This document shows, piece after piece, positions 32,343 to 39,494 of a stretch of 39,494 nt of DNA. Below the pieces are notes generated by a model. It did not search any database, had not been told where the DNA came from, and saw only the letters and a program-made list of their open reading frames with translations. The stretch lies in the IMG/VR virus record IMGVR_UViG_3300033407_000057, positions 1 through 39,494 of that record. One strand, written 5' to 3'. Origin of the DNA: a virus (lineage: Duplodnaviria; Caudoviricetes). The translations under genes and the position numbers were made by a program. Position 1 is the stretch's first letter; each line of letters opens with the position of its first letter.

Positions 32343-32477
32343 CTACTTCTTGAGGTCGGAGGGCTCGCCCTTGGGGTACTTGCGCGAGGCCATGGGGTTG
32401 GAGCCGTGCGCACCCGAGGTCGTGTGACCCTGGCGCTTGATCTTGGCGTTGCCGCCTGCGGTGCTGGGCTTGGGCAT
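32343..32477 (-). CDS. Small basic peptide (44 aa, MPKPSTAGGNAKIKRQGH...)
   Basis: GAGGAG RBS before ATG 32477. Confidence 0.6.
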   Translation of the reverse strand: MPKPSTAGGNAKIKRQGHTTSGAHGSNPMASRKYPKGEPSDLKK

Positions 32478-32488
32478 TGGCTGTCTCC

Positions 32489-32659
32489 TCAGTAGTCGCC
32501 GTCGGGCATTCCGGGGTTGTCGGGGGTGTGCGGGTTCGATGCGTCGGTCGGGTCGTCGGGGCCCTCGAACTCGTAGGTCTTGGAGGGCGAGATGTGACCG
32601 TCGAGCGTGCGCTTGACGGTGAACTCCTTGTCGGAGCCTTGCCATCTGTCGTGGGCCAT
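32489..32659 (-). CDS. Small protein (56 aa, MAHDRWQGSDKEFTVKRTLDGH...); not in the ORF track
   Basis: Translated by hand; TAGGAT -10 hexamer 7 nt upstream of the ATG. Confidence 0.6.
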   Translation of the reverse strand: MAHDRWQGSDKEFTVKRTLDGHISPSKTYEFEGPDDPTDASNPHTPDNPGMPDGDY

Positions 32660-32704
32660 GGGGACCATCCTAGATCACACTGGTGTAACTACAAGGGGAC
32701 CACG

Positions 32705-34462
32705 TCAGGACCTGGTGGCCTTGCGCTTCCCCGGTGGCTCGAACGCCCCCATGGCCTGGGCCTTGGTGATGCGCTCGTAGATCTCGTTGCGGTTCGGCCA
32801 GTCGTGCGCCTCCAGCACCGCCAGGGTGTCGAGGGCGCCCATGCCGAACAGCACGTCGGCCTCCTGGGCCCTGGCCTGGCGGGAGATGGGCATGGACGAA
32901 CCCGCTTCGATGATGAGGCTGAACTTCATCGGGCCGGTGCCCTCCTTGTTGGGGACGTAGAAGTGGCGGCCGCGCAGCGACATGGACACCTTCTGCCCGC
33001 CCTCGGGACCGAGCACGGCCATGTAGCGGGGGGCGGAGTAGTTCTCCACGATGAGGCTCGCCTGGAGCTCGCCCGCGTCGCGCAGGGACCGCTCCAGGTT
33101 GCGCAGTGCTAGCCGCACGCGAACGAACGCTGCCTCTTGCACGCTGTCGAGGACGCCCTGAGCGTTGCGGCCCGTGGGGGTGGCGCCGCGCACGATGGCG
33201 CTGAGCCCCGAGATGCGCTCCATCTCCCCGATGTAGAAGCGGACGAGTTCGCTGACCGACGACGGCATCTCGGGCGGCGTCAGCCAGCCCGCCTCCGAGC
33301 CCTGGTTCTTCACCAGGCGCGTGCCCGGCTTGTTGGTGATCTTCGTGCGGGCGATGCCTGCCCGTGTGTCCTCCAGGAACACGGGGTTGCCCACCAGCTC
33401 GGCGTTGGCCTGGAGGGCGGCCAGGAGGCGGTTGATGGCGGTCTGGAGCGGGGTGAGGTGCTCGACGAGGGAGACTCCCCAGAGGTCGCCCAGGTCGCCG
33501 AACGTGTAGCGGGTGTAGGGGTGGCGCCCGTGGGTCCACAGGTCCTTGGCCGGTTCGTCCATCAGGATCTCGTTGCCCGCCATGACCACGACGTGCCAAC
33601 CGTCCTCGATGTGGGCGACCCCCTCGTCGTCGGTCCACTGCTCATGGCGTCGAATCCACGCCTCGATGAGCGTGACCTGGCCGTCGAGGATCGTCGATGC
33701 GCGCTCCCGCTTCCCTCCGCCGGGTCGACCGAAGCGTGGGGCGACGCCGTTGATGCCTGCGGGGTTGGCCTTGGGCACGTCGGACCCGCCTTCGGAGCGG
33801 AACAGGTCCTCGCGGCGCTCCAGGTCGTCGAACACCGGGGAGTCCATCAGGCGCTTGCTGGCGCCGGGGAACCGGCGGTCGATCTCCTGGAGGGAGGTGT
33901 TGCGCGCCTCGATGATGTAGTTGGCGTCGTCGAGGCTGGTGGCGGCGGGGTCGATGAACATGACCCAGGGATCGGTGCGCTTGATGACCGACTGGCCCTG
34001 GCCGCCCTCCAGCGACTCGTCCCACACCGTCTTGAAGAACCCCGTGCCGTAGATGGCGGCGTCCCACAGCACCTTCTCGACCTCGGCTGTGGTGTCGTGC
34101 GCGATCCACGTCGAGCGCAGCACCTTCTCCAGGTCCGAGGCCAGCTCGGAGTGGTAGCGGCCCAGCTTCGAGTGGGGGTCGACCGCCGGTACCACGGACA
34201 GCCCAGGTCGCTGGTCGGTCATCCACCCGACCATGGAAGCGACGATGGGGTAGATCTCCGACGCCAGCGGAGAGGGCATCCACTGCTGGCGGAGGTTGGA
34301 CCAGCCTCGGTTGTGCAGCATCCGGTACGAGCGGTTCCAGATCTCGTAGCGGTTCTTCTTGTGGCTGCGCGCCTGCTCGAACAGCAGACGGACCTGGGAC
34401 GCCTTCTCGATGTCGGGGGCGGTCAGGGTGGAGGCCGCGGTGGTGGTGGTGGACTCACTCAT
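32705..34462 (-). CDS. Portal protein (585 aa)
   Basis: DAAIYGTGFFKTVWD...DPWVMFIDP, LWGVSLVEHLTPLQTAINR, MERISGLS..RG: P22/podoviral portal-like pattern; follows the terminase. Confidence 0.88.
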   Translation of the reverse strand: MSESTTTTAASTLTAPDIEKASQVRLLFEQARSHKKNRYEIWNRSYRMLHNRGWSNLRQQWMPSPLASEIYPIVASMVGWMTDQRPGLSVVPAVDPHSKLGRYHSELASDLEKVLRSTWIAHDTTAEVEKVLWDAAIYGTGFFKTVWDESLEGGQGQSVIKRTDPWVMFIDPAATSLDDANYIIEARNTSLQEIDRRFPGASKRLMDSPVFDDLERREDLFRSEGGSDVPKANPAGINGVAPRFGRPGGGKRERASTILDGQVTLIEAWIRRHEQWTDDEGVAHIEDGWHVVVMAGNEILMDEPAKDLWTHGRHPYTRYTFGDLGDLWGVSLVEHLTPLQTAINRLLAALQANAELVGNPVFLEDTRAGIARTKITNKPGTRLVKNQGSEAGWLTPPEMPSSVSELVRFYIGEMERISGLSAIVRGATPTGRNAQGVLDSVQEAAFVRVRLALRNLERSLRDAGELQASLIVENYSAPRYMAVLGPEGGQKVSMSLRGRHFYVPNKEGTGPMKFSLIIEAGSSMPISRQARAQEADVLFGMGALDTLAVLEAHDWPNRNEIYERITKAQAMGAFEPPGKRKATRS

Positions 34463-34650
34463 GGCAACGACTCCAGGTAGGCACGGCGTCGGTCCAGGAT
34501 GGCACCGTCGGTGTGGCCCGCGGCGATGAGGAAGGCGTCCTCGTTGTGGGTGCCGTCGGCCACGCCCTCCGAGGCGAGGTGGCCCTTCCAGAGGTCGGTG
34601 ATGTGCCCGGCCCCCAGCTTCTCACGAACGAGATCCGCGAAGTTCGCCAA
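34459..34650 (-). CDS. Hypothetical small protein
   Basis: AAGGAG RBS, TTG start, ATGA overlap with the portal gene. Confidence 0.6.
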   Translation of the reverse strand: MANFADLVREKLGAGHITDLWKGHLASEGVADGTHNEDAFLIAAGHTDGAILDRRRAYLESLP

Positions 34651-34987
34651 CGCGCTTCTCCTTGGCGTCCGGCGACGCTCCGACCGTGGTGGGATCGGAG
34701 GCGTCGATGGGTTGGAGGTTCACGTCCTGGCCGAGGCGGGCCGACATCTCGTCGCTCTTGCGGCGGAGGCCCTCGCGGAACTTCCTGTGGTCGCTCACCG
34801 GGCCACCGAGCGAGTGGTTCCAGTGCTCGTGGAGCACCTCGGCAGCCGCAAAGGAGAACCGGCGCTTGAGGCGGACCCCGCAGTGGCGGCACTCGGGGAT
34901 CTCCGCCAGGGCCCCGTACTCCCCGACGGTCATCGTCTGGCGGTGGAGGCCGTCGCACGCCGAGCAGCGGTACTCATAGACCGGCAT
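34622..34987 (-). CDS. FmdB-family zinc-ribbon protein (121 aa)
   Basis: MPVYEYRCSACD...ECRHCG..LKRRFS; GGAGG RBS. Confidence 0.82.
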   Translation of the reverse strand: MPVYEYRCSACDGLHRQTMTVGEYGALAEIPECRHCGVRLKRRFSFAAAEVLHEHWNHSLGGPVSDHRKFREGLRRKSDEMSARLGQDVNLQPIDASDPTTVGASPDAKEKRVGELRGSRS

Positions 34988-35240
34988 CGGCGATCCTCCG
35001 CTGTAGCTGGGACAGGCCCCGCTGTACCGCGGCGGCGGCTGCCGCTCCCTCGTCGGGGTCGTCGTGGGCAGCCATGACGCGATCGACCAGCACCTCCCCC
35101 GCCGCAAAGGGGGACGAGGAGGGAGGTGCCGGGACCGGCGGTGCCGCGGGGGGCGATGCCCGAACCCCCGTCACGGCGGCCGTCGGTGGCGCGTAGGACT
35201 CGCTCAGCCTGGGTGGAGTCTGAGACGAGGGGCGCACCAT
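34974..35240 (-). CDS. Possible Pro-rich hypothetical protein
   Basis: Fills the gap and overlaps the FmdB-family start; no recognisable motif. Confidence 0.4.
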   Translation of the reverse strand: MVRPSSQTPPRLSESYAPPTAAVTGVRASPPAAPPVPAPPSSSPFAAGEVLVDRVMAAHDDPDEGAAAAAAVQRGLSQLQRRIADAGL

Positions 35241-35279
35241 GGGCCAAGACTACGCCCCTGGAACTACCCGAGGGTGGTT

Positions 35280-35642
35280 TCAGGCCAGGCGATCCCACAG
35301 GCGCAGCAGCTTCGCCGGGGTCAGCGGATTCGTGCCCCAGACTCGGGCCGCGCGGGCCCGTACCTCCTCCGCTGTCGCTCCACGCCGGACCAGGCGCATA
35401 GCAACGTTCCGCGCACGCCCCCGTTCCTGGGGCGTCTCTGCATGGCACACGTCCTCCACGGCCTTCCTGAGCGCCCGGAGCTGTGCCGACTTCAGACCTG
35501 GAACCTTGCCCTGGTCGATGCGGCCGAGTTGGCGGGAGTCGTAAATGGGCTGCTCGGTCACGGTGCCGTCGGCGGTCGTGATGCGTACCGGGGACGTCTT
35601 GCGGCCTGGTTGAACTTTCGGTGTTCGGGCGATCTCCGACAT
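35280..35642 (-). CDS. Basic hypothetical protein (120 aa)
   Basis: GAGAGGA RBS; Arg-rich helical C-terminus. Confidence 0.6.
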   Translation of the reverse strand: MSEIARTPKVQPGRKTSPVRITTADGTVTEQPIYDSRQLGRIDQGKVPGLKSAQLRALRKAVEDVCHAETPQERGRARNVAMRLVRRGATAEEVRARAARVWGTNPLTPAKLLRLWDRLA

Positions 35643-35649
35643 CTGCGGT

Positions 35650-36115
35650 CCTCTCTCGGGTGCGTGCGCGCGTTTTCGGGCGCAACGCCTGCCCCTTCGC
35701 CTGGGGTAGCAGGAAAAGGGGTCGTTGCAGCATGGTGGGGGTGGCCTTCATCTCTACTTACCAATCGGCCCCTATGTGTTCAGGACCGACCATCCCCCCT
35801 GCTTGACGGTGCAGTACAAACCGGCCTGGCCGGACCCTCGACGGTCCGGGACGCTGGGGGCTCCCTGTATTCCCGGCCTTATGGGGCTCGGTCGGTGAGC
35901 AGCTCCCCCGTTGCGTCGGTCTGGCACGCAGTTGCGTGATCCCAGAGGCGGTAACGGATGAACCCTCCACTCGGAGGATGAAGGCGGATGTCGCGCCCTT
36001 GGCAACGGGATGCGCTAGAGTGACGACTGCGATAGTGCAGCTTCATCGAAGCGCTTGTTCAGAGGCCCCCTCCTGGAACCCTCCACAGGGGGCCTCTGGC
36101 GTTGGTGGGATACAT
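35650..36115 (-). ncRNA. Candidate ~450-nt structured non-coding region
   Basis: No convincing ORF; several hairpins and a long-range 8-bp complementary pair; TACGTT -10-like hexamer at 36123-36128. Confidence 0.35.
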
Positions 36116-36147
36116 CGAGGCGAACGTAGCACGGCCCCGCGGCGCGC

Positions 36148-37755
36148 TCACGTGATGTCCTCCATCGCTTCCTTCCACTCCGACCACGCCGGGATCTCCT
36201 TGCGCTCCCCGCGCCCCGAGTAGGCGGGCATGGGTCCGTCCGTCGACGAGCACACACACGCGATGGCGAGGGCCATCACCGTGTCGTCGTGGCCCTTGCC
36301 CTCTCCCTCGACGTTGGCGTAGCCCGCTCCGGGCAGGGTCACGAAGTTCGTCATCTCCTTGAACGTGCGGGCGTCGTGGATGGTGATGTCGCGGTCGATC
36401 ACCAGCTTGAGCAGCCAGCCCACCGCCCACTCCTTGCGCTTCCACGTCGTGGACCACCCGAAGGACTCCGAGATCTTCCCTGGGCTCTTGTCGGCCCACC
36501 GTCCCTGCCACAGGTGGGGGTAGTCCAGCTCGATGAGGCGACCGATCGCCGCGTAGCCCGGACCCTCGACCTCCACGGTCAGCATGGCGTCGTTGTAGAA
36601 CTTGCCCACCTTGGCCAGCTCCTCGGCGAAGGTCATCGGGTCGACCCGCCCATGCCACACCGCTACCTGCTCGTAGGTCCGCCGGTTGATGACCTGGCCG
36701 CAGGCGAAATCTCCAAAAGTCGCGTGAGTCGGATCTCCCGCTACGAAGTACCGCCCGAAGTCCTTGTCCACCGACGGCTTCTTGTAGATGGTCAGCGGCC
36801 CCAAGAAGTCAGGCTCGAAGCGCACCGCTGCCCCATCGCGGAACAGCCTCCCCCTCTGGCCCTCCACGGGCTCGTAGACGTCACGGAGGCGGTCGATGGG
36901 GTACACGTTGGACCCCGACTGCACGAACGCCTCGTCGGCCGTCGAGGGGTACTCCTGGTGGAACTTCTCCTCGTTGCCCCCGCACAGGTTCTTGACGGCC
37001 CACCGCCGCCACAGCAGGGCGTCCTTGGTGACCCCGATCTTGGACAGCACCCGCTCCTCGGAGTCCATCTCCATCGGGCGCATCTCGATCCCGATGGCGG
37101 ACGCGCAGTAGTCGGGCTCGCGCCACCAGGGGCAGAACAGCGGGAAGTAGTCCACCTCGTTGTCGACCGCCGCCACCCAGGTGTCGTGGAAGTAGTTGCC
37201 GATGCCGTTGGCCGTCGACTCCAGCACGATCATGGTCCCTGAGTGGTTCGGGATGGCCTGGCGCATCCCCAGCATCAGCGTGTCGGGGTGCTCCCAGAAC
37301 CCCACCTCCGAGGCGTGGAGCCCCGAGAGGGTACGGCCACGGCCCGACTTCACGTTGCCCGCGGTGGCGATGCGGAGCCCCGACCCGTTCTCCTTCCACA
37401 CCATCTCCTTGCGGGACAGATACTTCGAGGTGTAGAGGCTGCGGTAGGGGAAGGTGTCCCAGTAGAGCGAGGTCATCCCCAGGAGGTGCTCGGAGAGATC
37501 GTTCTCGTGCGCGATCACCATGCCCCGCCACCGGTCCCACAGGAAGCAGGACCAGAACATCAGGGCCTCGGTGATGGTGGAGATCCCGAGCTGGCGAGCC
37601 TTGAGGACGATGATCCGCACGGGGCGGCCGTCGTTCATCTGGCTCTCGGCCACCCCCAACAGCTCCTTCTGCGCCCAGTTGGGCTTCAGCCGGGTCACCA
37701 CGGCTTCCTTGGTGACGATGCTCAGTTGTTCAACTAGGGGGCTTAGGCTTGCCAC
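36148..37755 (-). CDS. terL: Terminase large subunit
   Basis: Walker A LKARQLGIST, Walker B LHASEVGFW, ESTANG coupling motif, nuclease FVAGDP...GDF and HDDTVMALAIA. Confidence 0.95.
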   Translation of the reverse strand: MASLSPLVEQLSIVTKEAVVTRLKPNWAQKELLGVAESQMNDGRPVRIIVLKARQLGISTITEALMFWSCFLWDRWRGMVIAHENDLSEHLLGMTSLYWDTFPYRSLYTSKYLSRKEMVWKENGSGLRIATAGNVKSGRGRTLSGLHASEVGFWEHPDTLMLGMRQAIPNHSGTMIVLESTANGIGNYFHDTWVAAVDNEVDYFPLFCPWWREPDYCASAIGIEMRPMEMDSEERVLSKIGVTKDALLWRRWAVKNLCGGNEEKFHQEYPSTADEAFVQSGSNVYPIDRLRDVYEPVEGQRGRLFRDGAAVRFEPDFLGPLTIYKKPSVDKDFGRYFVAGDPTHATFGDFACGQVINRRTYEQVAVWHGRVDPMTFAEELAKVGKFYNDAMLTVEVEGPGYAAIGRLIELDYPHLWQGRWADKSPGKISESFGWSTTWKRKEWAVGWLLKLVIDRDITIHDARTFKEMTNFVTLPGAGYANVEGEGKGHDDTVMALAIACVCSSTDGPMPAYSGRGERKEIPAWSEWKEAMEDIT

Positions 37756-38101
37756 GAACGTCCTTCACGAGATCCTGGAGGTCCTTGCGGATCTCCTCGA
37801 TGGAGTTCTCCTCATCATCTGAGAACATCTTGGCCAACGGACCAATGATGCCTCGGATCAGCGTGATGCGGTTGCCAATGCTCCCCTCGTCGAGGATGGC
37901 CATGGCCTGGTTGAGCGATGCCCACGCCAGAGCACGGGCAGCGTTCCGCAGCATCTCGTCGTCGGCGAAGATCACCGACTGGGGACCCATCATCGCCATG
38001 ACGTCGCCCACGGGGAGATCGAGGACCTCGGCCAGCCGGGTGGCGGAGTAGCCCGCCTCCCCCAGCCGGGCGACCACGTCGGGCAGGCTCAGATCACTCA
38101 C
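37730..38101 (-). CDS. Probable terminase small subunit
   Basis: N-terminal HTH-like GYSATRLAEVLDL followed by helices; overlaps the terL start. Confidence 0.6.
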   Translation of the reverse strand: MSDLSLPDVVARLGEAGYSATRLAEVLDLPVGDVMAMMGPQSVIFADDEMLRNAARALAWASLNQAMAILDEGSIGNRITLIRGIIGPLAKMFSDDEENSIEEIRKDLQDLVKDVRGKPKPPS

Positions 38102-38553
38102 AGCTTGATGATGGCTCTCTTGGGCCCCCGTATGGTTTCGCAGTACTGCGATGGGTCGATCCCGAGTTCCCTGAGCGCTTCCATCCTCCAGTAGCTCACC
38201 GCGGCGCAGGACTCGATGAGGACCATCAGGTGCTCGTAGGGGTCCAGCTTCTCGCCCGTGGTCGGATCAGCAGCGGGGTTCGCCCTGGCGTGGCGCGTGA
38301 CCTTGCGGAACAGGTCGGGGTGCTGCCACGTGCGCTTGGTGGGACTCCGGGCCTCCACCCTGCCTACCCCCTCCACGTCCATCCCGCCCCGTGGGAGGCG
38401 GGCACCGATGCCGTCGAGGATGGCGTAGCGGCGCTCCTGCAGGGCGTCCTCCTGGTCGCGGATGAACCGCAGTTCGTCCTGGGCCTCGGTGATGAGAGCG
38501 TCGTCGATCTCGCACCCGGCCCGGAGCCGGGTCACGAGATCAGAAGTCATCAC
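38098..38553 (-). CDS. Hypothetical phage protein (151 aa)
   Basis: In the operon; typical codon usage. Confidence 0.72.
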   Translation of the reverse strand: MMTSDLVTRLRAGCEIDDALITEAQDELRFIRDQEDALQERRYAILDGIGARLPRGGMDVEGVGRVEARSPTKRTWQHPDLFRKVTRHARANPAADPTTGEKLDPYEHLMVLIESCAAVSYWRMEALRELGIDPSQYCETIRGPKRAIIKL

Positions 38554-38788
38554 CGTCCATGAGGCCCTGGGCCGTGTCGGTCGCCCAGGTCGGGGGAGGC
38601 GGGGGCTCCACGCACTTGACGCGATCGTCGACCTCGGACCACCTCTTGCGCTCGATGACCGCCTGGCGTGCCAGCCAACGGAGGTGCCCCGAGATGGAGC
38701 GCTCGTGGTGGGCGGCCACAGCCGCGAAGGACTGGTGCGTCTCGTCGTCGAGCGTGACGGTGATGGTCTTGTGCGTCGTGTCGGTCAT
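38540..38788 (-). CDS. Ribbon-helix-helix (Arc-like) DNA-binding protein
   Basis: KTITVTLDDETHQSFAAVAAHHERSISGHLRWLARQAV; AAGGAG RBS before ATG 38788. Confidence 0.78.
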   Translation of the reverse strand: MTDTTHKTITVTLDDETHQSFAAVAAHHERSISGHLRWLARQAVIERKRWSEVDDRVKCVEPPPPPTWATDTAQGLMDGDDF

Positions 38789-38901
38789 GTGCGTCTCCTT
38801 GAAGGTGGGGCAGTCGGTGAAGTGGAACTCGGGCCAGTTGGTCTGGGCGGCAAGGTCCGCCACGCGACAGGTGCATCGCCCTCCGGGATCTACAAGCAGG
38901 G

Positions 38902-39180
38902 TCATAGCGACTTCTCCCCTCGCTTCTTGCGGCTCACCCGCACCACGACCATGATCCCCACGGCGTCGGTGACGGGGAACGCCCGGTACTTGTCGGCCTG
39001 GGGGACCGAGAGGGTGACGTCCATGTCGCCGCCCGGCTGGATGCGGGCCCCCTTGACGGTCGCCATGAACGTGGCCTCGCTGAACCCCTCCGGGGACGCC
39101 TGGCGGGTGAGGGCGAACTTCTGAGCCTCGTCGAGGTCGGAGCGATCGAGGATCTCGGAGATCTTCTCGTGGTTGCTCAC
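38902..39180 (-). CDS. Hypothetical protein (92 aa)
   Basis: GTG start overlapping the upstream stop; GAGG RBS. Confidence 0.65.
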   Translation of the reverse strand: MSNHEKISEILDRSDLDEAQKFALTRQASPEGFSEATFMATVKGARIQPGGDMDVTLSVPQADKYRAFPVTDAVGIMVVVRVSRKKRGEKSL

Positions 39181-39422
39181 GGCTGGGTCGTTTCCTCCCG
39201 CCCGTCCACCGGACCGTCCCACAGAGCCCACGGGGGATCGAACATCGCGGTCTGCTTGGTGTCGTCGGGCTGGGGCACCTCGGGTGGGTGGGTCACGCTC
39301 TCGGTGACGTCACGCATGGCGGAGATCCCCATGACCAGGAGGTACTGGATCACCAGGACCAGGAGCACGGTGACACACACCACCGTCACGAGCACGACCA
39401 CGACGATCGACCATGGGGACAT
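39177..39422 (-). CDS. Single-TM membrane protein
   Basis: Long hydrophobic N-terminus; leaderless TAGGAT promoter 6 nt upstream. Confidence 0.7.
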   Translation of the reverse strand: MSPWSIVVVVLVTVVCVTVLLVLVIQYLLVMGISAMRDVTESVTHPPEVPQPDDTKQTAMFDPPWALWDGPVDGREETTQP

Positions 39423-39429
39423 GGCGTCA

Positions 39430-39474
39430 TCCTAGCCGAATCGGGCCTTTCCATATAGGGACCATCGGCTAGGA
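39430..39474. repeat. 10-bp inverted repeat near the right end
   Basis: TCCTAGCCGA (39430-39439) and TCGGCTAGGA (39465-39474); the left arm overlaps the -10 of the first late gene. Confidence 0.6.
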
Positions 39475-39494
39475 ACCCACGGCTCTCTCTGAGG

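Larger units (their letters stand above)
1..39494. mobile_element. Tailed bacteriophage genome (podovirus-like layout), probably near-complete, likely actinobacterial host
   Basis: Terminase, portal, scaffold, capsid, tail and lysis genes are co-oriented on the minus strand; small phage-type accessory genes lie on the left; no host housekeeping genes; first and last 8 nt are identical (CTCTGAGG). Confidence 0.93.

Noticed and set aside
1-39494. tRNA genes, integrase/attP, diversity-generating retroelement
   Set aside because: No cloverleaf with T-loop consensus, no tyrosine or serine recombinase motifs, and no reverse transcriptase or TR/VR pair were seen.

Overview
This window looks like an essentially complete, GC-rich tailed-phage genome of 39.5 kb. 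The host is probably an actinobacterium, inferred from LexA-type SOS boxes, leaderless TAGRAT promoters and an actinophage-type peptidase endolysin. The right 70% (about 11,960-39,420, minus strand) is a virion and lysis region: terminases, portal, scaffold, major capsid, decoration and tail-fibre genes, holin, endolysin, nozzle, adaptor and three probable ejection proteins. No tape measure is evident, so the layout is podovirus-like. The left 12 kb holds accessory genes: a MoxR-type AAA+/vWA pair, a DUF6948-like gene with a Gly-X repeat peptide, a NinG-like HNH nuclease, an XRE HTH protein and a Rad52/Sak annealase. I recognised no integrase, polymerase, primase or helicase. The standout is a solitary Cas7/RAMP-like gene (9876-10529) followed immediately by a non-coding array that is not a CRISPR array: five 9-nt mini-hairpin repeats (GTCAWCGAC) separated by units built strictly of NNN-CC pentamers (5,4,4,4 per unit), then a compact structured RNA-like element. 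This is a candidate phage-encoded RNA-guided system using a gapped, 5-nt-periodic guide. All protein family calls come from reading motifs by eye, not from database searches.
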